Assembly (NCBI GenBank): GCA_042408215.1
Contig: JAYFMW010000028.1
Span: 224,001-288,000, forward strand
From: Microcoleus sp.
Lineage (GTDB): Bacteria > Cyanobacteriota > Cyanobacteriia > Cyanobacteriales > Microcoleaceae
DNA length: 64,000 bases
Reading direction: 5' to 3'
Of this stretch, positions 21,133 to 31,441 are shown piece after piece; the first letter of the stretch is position 1; every line of letters starts with the position of its first letter. The translations under genes and the position numbers were made by a program. Under the pieces are notes generated by a model, which saw nothing but the letters and a program-made list of their open reading frames with translations, did no database searches and had not been told where the DNA came from.

Positions 21133-21500
21133 CTAACTATCTAATCTGATTTTAAACAATTGCGATCGCGGTTGTAGGCAGGAGTGGATTTTGCGGTTGA
21201 GGGACAAAATCATCGCGACTGCGTGTGAGGCCACGGAGAAGGGAGAATCAGCGGGAACTCGCAGCAGAGTTAGGTCTAAATCCCTCGCTGCTGCTAAATC
21301 GACGTGATTGAATCCGGCGGTTCTCATGGCTAGTAACCGAATGCCGTTTTGGGCGATCGCCAACAGTGTTTTCGCGTCTAGCCGATCGTTGACGAAGACC
21401 CAGGCGGCGGTCAATCCAGCAGCCAAAACCCTGGTTTCCAGGTTCAGGCGCGGTTCAAAAAAACCAAGTCCTGTGTGCGATCGACATTCGCTGCTTCCAG
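21133..21500 (-). pseudogene. Fragment of D-lactate/2-hydroxyacid dehydrogenase
   Basis: FVNDRLD...AMRTAGFNHVDL...RVPADSPFSVASHAVAMILSLNRKIH. The NAD-binding domain is missing. Confidence 0.75.
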
Positions 21501-21679
21501 AAATGTGCGATCGTAGAATTTGGTACTGAATACGGCTACCTGCATGATTTTTGCCTGCAAATCCAGTAATAGTTGGCAGTTCTTCCCAGCTTAACTCCAA
21601 ACCTTACTTTTTTTAATTAAATTTCTTAAACTAAACTAAGCAGCAATCATTAATCGACCATCACCCAGGAGTTCGCCAA

Positions 21680-22680
21680 ATGCGTAAACAACTCAAAACA
21701 ATCATCTCTGAAATTTTAGAAGTCTCAGACAGCACTAATTTCTACAGCTTCGCAGACGAGCTTATTATTCCTTTTTTAATAGTTTTAAATATAGCAGCTT
21801 TTATTGCTTCCACTTCCTCAAGCTTTTCCCGAGAATACAAACTACTTTTTGAATAGATCGAAATTATTTGCTCTTTGGTCTTCACAATAGAATATGTTTT
21901 GAGGATGTGTGTACCCTCGATCGCAAATACAAGCACCCCATTTGGGGAAGACTTAAATACGCCATCACACCGCCGATCCCGATCGACTTGATTTCTATTT
22001 TACCCTTTTACTTGTTGTTGTTATTTCCCAATTTAAGCTTTGTTCATGTAATTAGCGTGCTGCGCTTATTACGCTTGATAAAAATCAGCAGGTATTCTGA
22101 GTCAGTGCGAACTTTGGGAACAGTATTATACGCTAAAAAAGAGGAATTACTAGCTACCGCTTTTGCCGTTTTTATCTTATTAATTTTTGCATCTAGTCTC
22201 ATGTATTTTGTGGAATCATCAGCCCAGCCTAAAGTTTTTGGGAGCATCCCAGATGCTATGTGGTGGGGAGTTGTGACTCTAACTACTGTCGGTTACGGCG
22301 ATATTTATCCGATCGCTCCTATCGGCCGATTTTTAGGATCTATATTAGCATTTTTGGGCATCGGAATTTTTGCTTTGCCTGCGGGGATAATTTCTTCGGG
22401 TTTTTCGGAGGAATTGCAAAAGAGAAAGCAGCAAAAAACCACTGAAAATTTAGAGCAATATGCAAATAGTCAATCGCTAGAAATGCTGGCGGGGAGGGAG
22501 GTAAGTTTTGAACAGCAGCAAAGGGCGATCGCACTTCACATCGAAAATTCATCCGAATTGATGAAACTTTGCGTCGCTCAGACTAAACAGAATTTGGGAA
22601 CTGCTTTTGAAAGTGAAGAAATCCTTCGCGATTTCGCAATTCACTTGTATAATGAAGCCTGTCGCAAATTCGATATCTAA
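21680..22680 (+). pseudogene. Voltage-gated K+ channel (ion transporter), disrupted
   Basis: TVGYGD filter and S4 LRLLRLIK are in ORF 21868-22680. The N-terminal frame from ATG 21680 has TAG at 21854-21856 and a frameshift near 21907 (EYVLRM to VCTLDR). Confidence 0.75.
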
Positions 22681-22772
22681 TTACAAGCGACAGTCAAGTT
22701 TGAACAAATTCTTGTCGGGTGTCCCGCCCGCCCCAAAAATACAAGTTAGATGCGGGACAGCTTAATAACTAA

Positions 22773-23507
22773 TTACCAATCTGGCGGCAAATTGTAATAT
22801 TCGAGAGTCGATCGATCTTTCAGCAATTCTTGAGTTTGCTCATCGACCCGAATCTCACCCTCAGCCAAAATTAACGCCCTTTGAGTCGTTTTCCCAATCC
22901 AATTCAAGTCATGGGAAGCAATCAAAATTATCTCGATCGGCAATTGCGACAAAACCTTAGCCAAATGCCTGCGCCACGAGGGATCTAGTCCATTTGTCGG
23001 CTCATCCAAAATCAAAATTGCCGGCTCTAATGCTAAAATAGCCGCTAGCGCTGCTAACCTTCTCTGACCCCCAGAAAGTTCGTGGGCCGAACGGTTGGCA
23101 AATTCGACTAAACCAAATTCTGCTAAAAGAGACAAAGAGCGATCGCGCGCCACTCCCAGCGGCACCCCATAATTGCGCGGCCCGAACATGACATCCTCTA
23201 AAATAGTTGGCATAAATAGCTGATCGTTAGCATCTTGAAAGCAAAATCCAATCTGCCTCCTTACTTCCGATAAATTCCCCTGTTCCAACTTTTTTCCCTG
23301 CACTCTAATCTCCCCAGATAGAGGCATTTTTAAGCCAATTAAGTTTTCTAGCAAAGTGCTTTTTCCCGCCCCTGTCAAGCCGAGTAGAGCAACTCGTTCT
23401 CCCGGTTGTAAGGTAAAGGAAATTCCAGCCAATACTGGTTGTTGCTGCGGATAGCCGAATACTAAGTCTTGCACTTCGATTGTTGGCACTGATTGGAGAT
23501 TAGTCAT
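22773..23507 (-). CDS. cbiO: ECF transporter ATPase (Co/Ni)
   Basis: GLTGAGKS, FQDANDQLF, LSGGQRR, LDEPT. Confidence 0.9.
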   Translation of the reverse strand: MTNLQSVPTIEVQDLVFGYPQQQPVLAGISFTLQPGERVALLGLTGAGKSTLLENLIGLKMPLSGEIRVQGKKLEQGNLSEVRRQIGFCFQDANDQLFMPTILEDVMFGPRNYGVPLGVARDRSLSLLAEFGLVEFANRSAHELSGGQRRLAALAAILALEPAILILDEPTNGLDPSWRRHLAKVLSQLPIEIILIASHDLNWIGKTTQRALILAEGEIRVDEQTQELLKDRSTLEYYNLPPDW

Positions 23508-23524
23508 CCGATTTTAGATTATAG

Positions 23525-25286
23525 ATTTGAGATTATTCAAGAATTGCGACCGCGAATCAATCCCTTCCCAGGTCGAACGGACGCTACCCTACTGCCCTGG
23601 CTGTTGCTCTAGTCAGGGAAATTTTACTTGATTGAAATAAAAAAAAATCGCCATTTTTTTTAGGGTTAAACCCTTGACTCTCAGGATTTAATCAAGTACA
23701 ATCTAATAATGGGAGTGGTGGCATTTTTTTTATTTGTGCCACCACTCCCATTATCTAAAATATACCACAAAAAATCCACCAACGTCAATAGGTAATCCTG
23801 CTTTTTTTGGGCCACAGATCAACGCAGCTCAACACTTCGGAAATTGCATCCGCGTTCATCCGCTGAGATCTGCGGTAAAAAACTCCCAATCCAACTATAG
23901 CACTCGCCCCATAGGTGAGGACAAATTCTGGTAGGGAGGGCACTGCTATCATCTTAGGAGAAATTTGGGTTCAGCAGTCAGTTCTGATGAGTTATTTGTT
24001 ATTCTCAAATTTACCAGCACCAATAACTAATAACTAATAACTAATAACTAATTTGAGATTTGAGATTATTCAAGAATTGCGACCGCGAATCAATCCCTTC
24101 CCAGGTCGAACGGACGCTACCCTACTGCCCTGGCTGTTGCTCTAGTCAGGGAAATTTTACTTGATTGAAATAAAAAAAAATCGCCATTTTTTTTAGGGTT
24201 AAACCCTTGACTCTCAGGATTTAATCAAGTACAATCTAATAATGGGAGTGGTGGCATTTTTTTTATTTGTGCCACCACTCCCATTATCTAAAATATACCA
24301 CAAAAAATCCACCAAAGTCAATAGGTAATCCTGCTTTTTTTGGGCCGCAGATCAACGCGGATCAACACTTCGGAAATTGCATCCGCGTTCATCCGCTGAG
24401 ATCTGCGGTAAAAAACTCCCAATCCAACTATAGCACTCGCCCCATAGGTGAGGACAAATTCTGGTAGGGAGGGCACTGCTATCATCTTAGGAGAAATTTG
24501 GGTTCAGCAGTCAGTTCTGATGAGTTATTTGTTATTCTCAAATTTACCAGCACCAATAACTAATAACTAATAACTAATAACTAATTTGAGATTTGAGATT
24601 ATTGCAGAATTGCGACCGCGAATCAATCCCTTCCCAGGTCGAACGGACGTTACCCTACTGCCCTGGCTGTTGCTCTAGTCAGGGAAATTTTACTTGATTG
24701 AAATAAAAAAAAATCGCCATTTTTTTTAGGGTTAAACCCTTGACTCTCAGGATTTAATCAAGTACAATCTAATAATGGGAGTGGTGGCATTTTTTTTATT
24801 TGTGCCACCACTCCCATTATCTAAAATATACCACAAAAAATCCACCAACGTCAATAGGTAATCCTGCTTTTTTTGGGCCACAGATCAACGCAGCTCAACA
24901 CTTCGGAAATTGCATCCGCGTTCATCCGCTGAGATCTGCGGTAAAAAACTCCCAATCCAACTATAGCACTCGCCCCATAGGTGAGGACAAATTCTGGTAG
25001 GGAGGGCACTGCTATCATCTTAGCAGAAATATCGTCACAGCAGCGCCCACTCTACTGCTGTTACTATCTCTTAACTGCCCAGGCGGTTGCTATAGAATTC
25101 ATACCAAATCCGCTGACCTAACCCCCCCTTTTTAATAAACCGCGAAGACGCGAAGGACACAAAGAAGAGGAGGAAGATCAGGGGGGTGTAGAGCCGGATT
25201 TGATATCAGAAGTCAGTTGTTATTAGTTATTTGTTATTATCTCATTTACCAGCACCAATAACTAATAACCAATAACCAATAACCCA
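23525..25286. repeat. 533-bp tandem triplication between cbiQ and cbiO; third copy carries an extra insert
   Basis: GAATTGCGACCGCG at 23541, 24074 and 24607, with few SNPs. The unit tail reappears at ~25207-25286. Confidence 0.95.
23674..23788. promoter_or_regulatory. Convergent sigma70-like promoter pair around an 18-bp perfect hairpin; copies at 24207-24321 and 24740-24854
   Basis: Plus strand TTGACT-17-TACAAT; minus strand TTGACG-18-(TGn)TATATT; stem 23706-23723 / 23737-23754. Confidence 0.6.
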
Positions 25287-25943
25287 TTACAATTTACCAT
25301 AAGAAGCTATGGTTAATCCGGCAGCCATTAACATTGTTACTGTCAGCCAGAGTCGCTCTTTTGGTGTCGATTTTGAGTCGTTCGGCAAACTTCCTTGATA
25401 GCCGCGAATTAGCATGGCTGCATGAACTCTCTCAGCCCGATCGAGACTTCGCAAATAAAGCGCTCCGATCATGGAAGCACTGGCGTATCTCAGCCATCCA
25501 CCCGTACCCGATAAGCCTCGTAGTTGAGCCGATCTTTTCATGCGGCTGACTTCGGCTAGCAAGATTTCTAAGTATTGTCCCGCTAAAAGCACAATCTCTT
25601 GTAAGCCTGCCGGTAGCGGCAATCCTTTGAGGGCTATGCCGAAACTGTGCGGCGGCAAGGTTAGCAGAAAACTGTTCATAATTAGCAGACAAATTAGGGA
25701 ACGTACCAACAGAAAACTCGCACGTTCCCAACCTTGCGGTAGCACTAATAAGGAGAGAAAAATTAATTCTGCTCCTAACAGTTGTACTAAGGTTCGCAGA
25801 GGCGCTCTCAGCCACAATGACCACACAAGTGCGATCGCCCCATAAATTCCCAGCCACAGCCAAGCGCCTGTCTTCATAAAACCAACGCCAATCACAATTG
25901 TGAGAGACAGTCGCAGTCGAAAAGGTATGGAGAATTTAAGCAT
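25287..25943 (-). CDS. cbiQ: ECF transporter transmembrane T component
   Basis: AQLRG and AMLIRGY motifs. ATG at 25943 overlaps the end of cbiM. Confidence 0.88.
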   Translation of the reverse strand: MLKFSIPFRLRLSLTIVIGVGFMKTGAWLWLGIYGAIALVWSLWLRAPLRTLVQLLGAELIFLSLLVLPQGWERASFLLVRSLICLLIMNSFLLTLPPHSFGIALKGLPLPAGLQEIVLLAGQYLEILLAEVSRMKRSAQLRGLSGTGGWLRYASASMIGALYLRSLDRAERVHAAMLIRGYQGSLPNDSKSTPKERLWLTVTMLMAAGLTIASYGKL

Positions 25944-26862
25944 CTTTAGGTTTAACCAACTGAGCAATCCCAAAAGCCGCGCCGAAACTCACAGCCGAGC
26001 CGAAAAGTCCAGCAATGCTAGTACCTATAGGCTGTTCTTCTAATCCTTTAACTTTGTAATCTGCTAAAGGAGAGGGATTCTCGATCGCAGCAGCTTCTTG
26101 ATCTTTAAAACCGTATTTTTCCGCTACCGCTTCTAACCCGTCAGGCCAACTTGAAGCGAACAGCGACAGCACACCACTAATTAATAAAACCCCAATTACT
26201 GGCACTAACCATTTCTGCAATTGTGGCTGTTCTCCTGGTAACAAATCCGGCCGTACTTTGACGAGATAAGTTAAAACACTGCCTGTAATTAGCCCTTCGC
26301 CAAGGCCGATTAAAATATGAACACCTACCATTGCTGGCAATGCAATATTAAGTGCTACTGTTCCAGAAATTGCCAGTTCGATCGCCACACAAATCGAAGC
26401 AGCCACAACACTGAGGGCGGCTGCAATCCCTGCGGCTAAGGGCAAACGATTTCTGGAGCCTCCCAACAGTCGCTGCAATGGCTGCAACAGCCACCAGCCC
26501 ACCCAAATTCCGACTAGCCCCATATTAAAAATATTGGCTCCCAGGGCGGTGATACCCCCATCGGCAAACAAAACGCTCTGAATTATAAAAACCGTACTCA
26601 TCGCCAGAGTTGCCGCCCAAGGGTTCCCTAAAACCACAGATGCTAGCGCGCCTCCTAACAAGTGCCCGCTGGTGCCGCCTGCTACGGGAAAGTTAATCAT
26701 CTGAGCCGCAAACACGAAAGCTGTGGTTAAACCCATGATTGGGGCTTGTCGCAGCCCAAGACTTTCGCGCGTTCGATTCAAGGCAACTGCAATTACTGCT
26801 GCACTTGCTATGCCGGTGGCAATGGCTACGGGCGGTGAAAGAAAGCCATCAGGTATGTGCAT
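25936..26862 (-). CDS. cbiM: ECF S component CbiM/NikM fused to PDGLE (NikN-like) domain
   Basis: N-terminal MHIPDGFL, GGTSGHLLG and C-terminal FASSWPDGLE. Confidence 0.92.
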   Translation of the reverse strand: MHIPDGFLSPPVAIATGIASAAVIAVALNRTRESLGLRQAPIMGLTTAFVFAAQMINFPVAGGTSGHLLGGALASVVLGNPWAATLAMSTVFIIQSVLFADGGITALGANIFNMGLVGIWVGWWLLQPLQRLLGGSRNRLPLAAGIAAALSVVAASICVAIELAISGTVALNIALPAMVGVHILIGLGEGLITGSVLTYLVKVRPDLLPGEQPQLQKWLVPVIGVLLISGVLSLFASSWPDGLEAVAEKYGFKDQEAAAIENPSPLADYKVKGLEEQPIGTSIAGLFGSAVSFGAAFGIAQLVKPKDA

Positions 26863-27058
26863 CGATGTATCCTAAACGCGAGAACTCCCAACCCTTTAGT
26901 CAACTCTTTTTTACAAAACTTTACAATCCCCTATGGGGGGATTGACAGAATTTTAGATTTGAGATTTTGGATTTTGGATTGAATAATTCACGCATATCAA
27001 TCGGATACTCACGCTCGGAAGGCTGAATTCAAAAAAAAATCAGTATATTTGGAAATTT

Positions 27059-27416
27059 TTGAGAAGTATTATCAATAACTTGCGATCGACCGGGTAGCAA
27101 AATCTAGCAAATGTAAGGTTTAGACAAAAATATTAAAAAAATATAAAGAAATAATTGAAAGCCGATAATTGGTTTTATTCTAAATTATTGATAATTAGTT
27201 GCATTAAAGTATTTCTAATAAAAGCAGCAAAATTGCTAAAGAGCTAGTAAAAACAAGAGTTTTTGGTATTTTTTAACTCAAAAACCAGAGATTATTGCTA
27301 ATATATCTAGTTTGAGCAGTATTTTTGCGGTTGTCGATCTGGCTAATGTGCGATCGGCACTTCCCTCACCGCATATATTATCAAAAGCCTCAAAATACTA
27401 ATGTAACTATTCTCAA
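27059..27416. promoter_or_regulatory. Candidate Fur-family boxes
   Basis: TTGAGAAGTATTATCAA (27059-27075), TTGATAATTAGTTGCAT (27188-27204) and AATGTAACTATTCTCAA (27400-27416) resemble GATAAT-N-ATTATC and lie upstream of iron genes. Confidence 0.55.
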
Positions 27417-27458
27417 ATAACTTCCTGAACAATCCACACTCAAGGAGACCCGCCAACG

Positions 27459-28091
27459 GTGCAACAATCAACACCAGACTCAACTACCGATTTAGCTCCA
27501 TCTGAATTTCCCAGACAGTTAGATATTGCTCAAGTTTCCATCTACGGACTGAGCTTTTTATCCGCTGGTTTATTTCTGTTTTTACCTCTAGTCAACCTCT
27601 TGCATCCCAGCCCTTGGCAGCGATGGATGGGAACAATTCACGGCATGGGTGCAATGTGCGCCTTACTGGTAATGGTTTATACAGGACATTTGGCATTTCC
27701 CTTGTTGCGGGGGGCCAGTAAAATCTTGCCACAAATGCGAACCTTAGCCTTTTGGTCAACTATTTTGAGCTTTTTGGCCATTGCTACTGGTAACTGGGCT
27801 TATATGCGTTATCGAGCCGGTATAAATTTCGGCGGAGCTAGGGCTTTGCTGAAAGAAAACTCACCTTTAGGGCAGTACGTTTTGATGGAATATCACGAAT
27901 TTAGCGTGCTATTTACATTGCCTTTGACAGTAGCTTGTACGTGGATTTTGTGGAACTATGGCGACTCAATTTTAGAAAAGAAAAATCGCCCCGTTTTAAC
28001 AGCTACCTGCGTGGCTTTGATGGCAATCATGTTTTTTGCAATGGGTGGCATGGTGAGCGGGCTTGGCGTCGCTAAAATTCAAGCCCTGTAG
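27459..28091 (+). CDS. Uncharacterised polytopic membrane protein with intramembrane His residues
   Basis: About 5 hydrophobic helices; TIHG, YTGH and MEYHE; RBS AAGGAG. Confidence 0.75.
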   Translation: MQQSTPDSTTDLAPSEFPRQLDIAQVSIYGLSFLSAGLFLFLPLVNLLHPSPWQRWMGTIHGMGAMCALLVMVYTGHLAFPLLRGASKILPQMRTLAFWSTILSFLAIATGNWAYMRYRAGINFGGARALLKENSPLGQYVLMEYHEFSVLFTLPLTVACTWILWNYGDSILEKKNRPVLTATCVALMAIMFFAMGGMVSGLGVAKIQAL

Positions 28092-28157
28092 TTAATAGTT
28101 AGTTAACTCTATTAGCAACGGCTAATTACCACTTACAAAAATTAGGAGAGTTGGGAC

Positions 28158-28631
28158 ATGACTAGACAATTAGTCCGCCAAAATAATGCGGGTCAGGAAC
28201 CTTTATACGGGAGATTTTGGAGCAAATTAAAACACTTTCCGAGCGGTTTAGCCGAAGGCTCAGAAACAGCACCTAGTTTTTCCGGGCCTGCAGCAGCCGC
28301 AGTCATTAGTGCAGCAATTGGTTGTTTTACAATGATGGTAACTCACCATTTGTCAGACACATCTAAAGCCACAGAAAAAATTGTTTGGAATCTCGGTACT
28401 TGGATTCCCGGAAGCAAGACTGATAGCGAATTGTGGGGAAATATCGGCAGTTACACAGGCAAAGAAACTATGTTGCTTGTGGGTTGGCTGATTAGTTGGC
28501 CAATTCTCCATACTCTCTGGAAAAATAAGAACATTAAAAGCCGCACCATATTTTTCTGGATGTTTGCTTTGTTAGTTGCAGCCACAGCTATGTGTTGGCA
28601 TCCTCTTTTCCCCTATTTGCCGTTAACTTAA
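28158..28631 (+). CDS. Uncharacterised membrane protein
   Basis: SGPAAAAVISAAIGC...THH and GSYTGKE; about 3 TM helices; RBS AGGAG. Confidence 0.75.
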   Translation: MTRQLVRQNNAGQEPLYGRFWSKLKHFPSGLAEGSETAPSFSGPAAAAVISAAIGCFTMMVTHHLSDTSKATEKIVWNLGTWIPGSKTDSELWGNIGSYTGKETMLLVGWLISWPILHTLWKNKNIKSRTIFFWMFALLVAATAMCWHPLFPYLPLT

Positions 28632-28645
28632 TTAATGCGAGGTTG

Positions 28646-29392
28646 ATGATGGAAACAAAAAATAAGCCGCTCCCAGCTAGGGAGATGCACAAAATAGTTT
28701 GGGTTAGCGTCGGAGTTTTGACTCTTTTCTTTATGACTTTTCCCATCGCAATGTGGCGCGTTAGCCAAAAAGAAAAGTTTCGCGGTTTTCACCTCAAGTC
28801 TTTCACGATTGAGGGGCAAAATCCCGCTAATGCTGTTGCTAATGCTGTTGCTAACGGGCTGGCGCAACCAGCTATTGCCAGTAGCAGTGCGCTTCCGGCT
28901 GCAAATAATTCCAATTTAGCTGTTGACACCCAAAAACAACTGCCTGACAAGTCTCTAGAGGTTTTACCTTTCACTAATACGTCTACTGAAACGGCTATTG
29001 CGAGTAGCCCTACAGATAAGACAGTCGAAGCTGTACCTGTATCAGCAGCTCAGCAGGAAGTTCAGGCGGTGGATGGAACAAATCAGACAGCAGAAATTAC
29101 GGATCGCACTAAACTAGATGAGTTAGCTCTGAAACTGTACGATCGCATAAATCAGACTTGGCAAACTAGCCCCACCTTCAATCAAAATCTAGTCTATCGG
29201 GTGGGTGTTAGTCAAGATGGGGCGATCGGCAATTTCGAGCCCCTCAATCAACCAGCCAAGGATTACGCCCAAGAAACTCCCCTGCCAAATCTGCTCAATT
29301 CTTCCGAAACTACCAGCAGCAACAGTGCAGCACCAGTCGCTAAGTTTACTGTAGTATTTGCTCCTACTGGAACCTTAGAAGTTAACCCGTAA
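28646..29392 (+). CDS. Single-pass membrane protein with low-complexity linker and C-terminal globular module (resembles the C-terminus of cyanobacterial DUF4335 proteins)
   Basis: One TM helix, Ala/Thr-rich linker, LYDRINQTW...LVYRVGV...FTVVFAPTGTLEV. The DUF4335 resemblance is from recall only. Confidence 0.6.
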   Translation: MMETKNKPLPAREMHKIVWVSVGVLTLFFMTFPIAMWRVSQKEKFRGFHLKSFTIEGQNPANAVANAVANGLAQPAIASSSALPAANNSNLAVDTQKQLPDKSLEVLPFTNTSTETAIASSPTDKTVEAVPVSAAQQEVQAVDGTNQTAEITDRTKLDELALKLYDRINQTWQTSPTFNQNLVYRVGVSQDGAIGNFEPLNQPAKDYAQETPLPNLLNSSETTSSNSAAPVAKFTVVFAPTGTLEVNP

Positions 29393-29511
29393 CTCACCTG
29401 CAAAATCTATCCGGTAAGGTGCTTAGGGCACACCTTACTTTGAATTTTTAACTTAAATGTGATACTCTTATAAAGAGCATCCTGTAAGGTCTTCTACATC
29501 TAAAACAACAA

Positions 29512-29946
29512 ATGAAAGAACTTGACGATAAAAAAACCCAGGAACTGCTATGTACCATCATGGAATGGGAACTAGCAGGAGTCGTGCGCTACACCCACTA
29601 TGCACTCATGGTGACAGGGCCAAACCGGATTCCCATCGTGCAGTTTTTTCAAGCACAAGCAACCGAATCCCTACTCCACGCCCAACAAGCCGGAGAAATT
29701 TTAACAGGTTTAGACGGACATCCCAGCCAGAAAATTGCTCCCATAGAAGAAACCTACAAACACTCCATCAAAGACTTGTTAGAAGAAAGCTTAAATCACG
29801 AGAAAAAAGCGCTCGACAAGTACAAATCATTACTTGAAGTCGTCACCGACTCCAGCGTTTATCTAGAAGAATATGCCCGCACCCTGATTGGACAAGAAGA
29901 ATTGCACCAAGTAGAACTGAAAAAAATGCTGCGGGATTACAGTTGA
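29512..29946 (+). CDS. Ferritin-like / bacterioferritin-family protein
   Basis: Di-iron ligand pattern WELAG...ESLLH...HEK...EELH. Confidence 0.85.
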   Translation: MKELDDKKTQELLCTIMEWELAGVVRYTHYALMVTGPNRIPIVQFFQAQATESLLHAQQAGEILTGLDGHPSQKIAPIEETYKHSIKDLLEESLNHEKKALDKYKSLLEVVTDSSVYLEEYARTLIGQEELHQVELKKMLRDYS

Positions 29947-30678
29947 GTTAGTCATTAGTCCTTAGTCCTTAGTTACTCCCGAACCGCATTAAGAGTACCT
30001 AATCCTTTTCTTCTTTCTCTTCCTTCGCGTCCTTCGCGCCTTCGCGGTTCAATAATAAAAGGACTCAGGACTAACCACAAATTAGCAGTTATCAAAAAAT
30101 GAACTTTACTGAAGCCATCCCAACATTTGTAATCACCCTCCGCGAAGGCGTAGAAGCCGCCTTAGTCGTCGGAATAGTCCTAGCTTGCTTAAAAAAAGCA
30201 GAGCAAAGTCACCTCAATTCTTGGGTTTATACAGGTATCGGAGCCGGCATTGCTGCTAGCGCTTGTGTAGGTGCATTATTCAATCAGTTACTCCAAGTAG
30301 AACTGAAAAAAATGCTGCGGGATTACAGTTGAGTTAGTCATTAGTCCTTAGTCCTTAGTTACTCCCGAACCGCATTAAGAGTACCTAATCCTTCTCTTCT
30401 TTCTTTTCCTTCGCGTCCTTCGCGCCTTCGCGGTTCAATAATAAAAGGACTCAGGACTAACCACAAATTAGCAGTTATCAAAAAATGAACTTTACTGAAG
30501 CCATCCCAACATTTGTAATCACCCTCCGCGAAGGCGTAGAAGCCGCCTTAGTCGTCGGAATAGTCCTAGCTTGCTTAAAAAAAGCAGAGCAAAGTCACCT
30601 CAATTCTTGGGTTTATACAGGTATCGGAGTCGGCATTGCTGCTAGCGCTTGTGTAGGTGCATTATTCAATCAGTTACT
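29907..30678. repeat. 386-bp tandem duplication (ferritin 3' end + intergenic + FTR1 5' end)
   Basis: FTR1 start duplicated at 30099 and 30485, producing chimeric ORF 30099-30332. Confidence 0.93.
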
Positions 30679-31441
30679 CCACGTACTCTCAACATCAAAT
30701 CAGCCTTACGCACCAGTAATCAAGCAATTGCTCGAAGGTTCTCTGGGAATTGTCGCCATAGTAATGCTAAGCTGGATGCTAATTTGGATGACTCAGCAAG
30801 CGCGCTTTCTCAAAGCTGAAGTGGAAGGAGCCGTTACAGCAGCTTTGAAAGAAAATACTAATGCTGGCTGGGGCGTATTCGGCTTAATTTTGATCGCTGT
30901 ACTTCGCGAAGGTTTTGAAACAGTTATATTTGTCAGCGCTCAATTTCAACAAGGTTTCACTCCGGCTTTAGGTGCTTTGGGCGGTTTGCTTGGGGCTGCA
31001 ATCATTGGCGCGCTAATCTTCAAGTGGGGTGTCAAAATTGAGCTCCGCCAGTTTTTCAAGTTTATGGGGATTTTGTTGCTGCTAATTGTAGCGGGTTTAG
31101 CAGTATCTGCACTCAAACATTTTGACCAAGCTGCTGCCATTTTGTCCCAGACGGATAGCAAGTATGCAGGGATTTGTGTTTATTTCGATCGCACTTCACA
31201 ACTCCACTCCTGTATTTTAGGCCCGATGGTCTGGAATGCAGCCGCAATTTTGCCCGATCGCCAATTTCCCGGAATCCTCCTCAAAGCACTATTTGGCTAC
31301 AGAGAGCGACTGTATCTTTTGCAAGCCGTTGGTTATACAATATTCTTAGTCACAGTCGGCCCCCTTTACTTCCAAAAATTAGGCGGCCAGCCAAATGTTG
31401 CCAGCAAAATTACTGAGTCTGCTAAAGAGCAAGCCAGCTAA
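30485..31441 (+). CDS. FTR1/EfeU-family iron permease
   Basis: Two REGxE motifs (LREGVEA, LREGFET). Confidence 0.93.
   Translation: MNFTEAIPTFVITLREGVEAALVVGIVLACLKKAEQSHLNSWVYTGIGVGIAASACVGALFNQLLHVLSTSNQPYAPVIKQLLEGSLGIVAIVMLSWMLIWMTQQARFLKAEVEGAVTAALKENTNAGWGVFGLILIAVLREGFETVIFVSAQFQQGFTPALGALGGLLGAAIIGALIFKWGVKIELRQFFKFMGILLLLIVAGLAVSALKHFDQAAAILSQTDSKYAGICVYFDRTSQLHSCILGPMVWNAAAILPDRQFPGILLKALFGYRERLYLLQAVGYTIFLVTVGPLYFQKLGGQPNVASKITESAKEQAS

Noticed and set aside
23734..25000. Three near-identical 66-aa ORFs as a peptide or toxin family
   Set aside because: They start with TTG inside the hairpin, have no RBS or recognisable features, and are explained by the DNA triplication.
26863..27060. 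Cobalamin riboswitch upstream of cbiM
   Set aside because: No B12-box or other conserved riboswitch elements were recognisable.
30099..30332. FTR1-ferritin fusion ORF, and similarly 31784-32086
   Set aside because: Chimeras produced by the duplication junctions.
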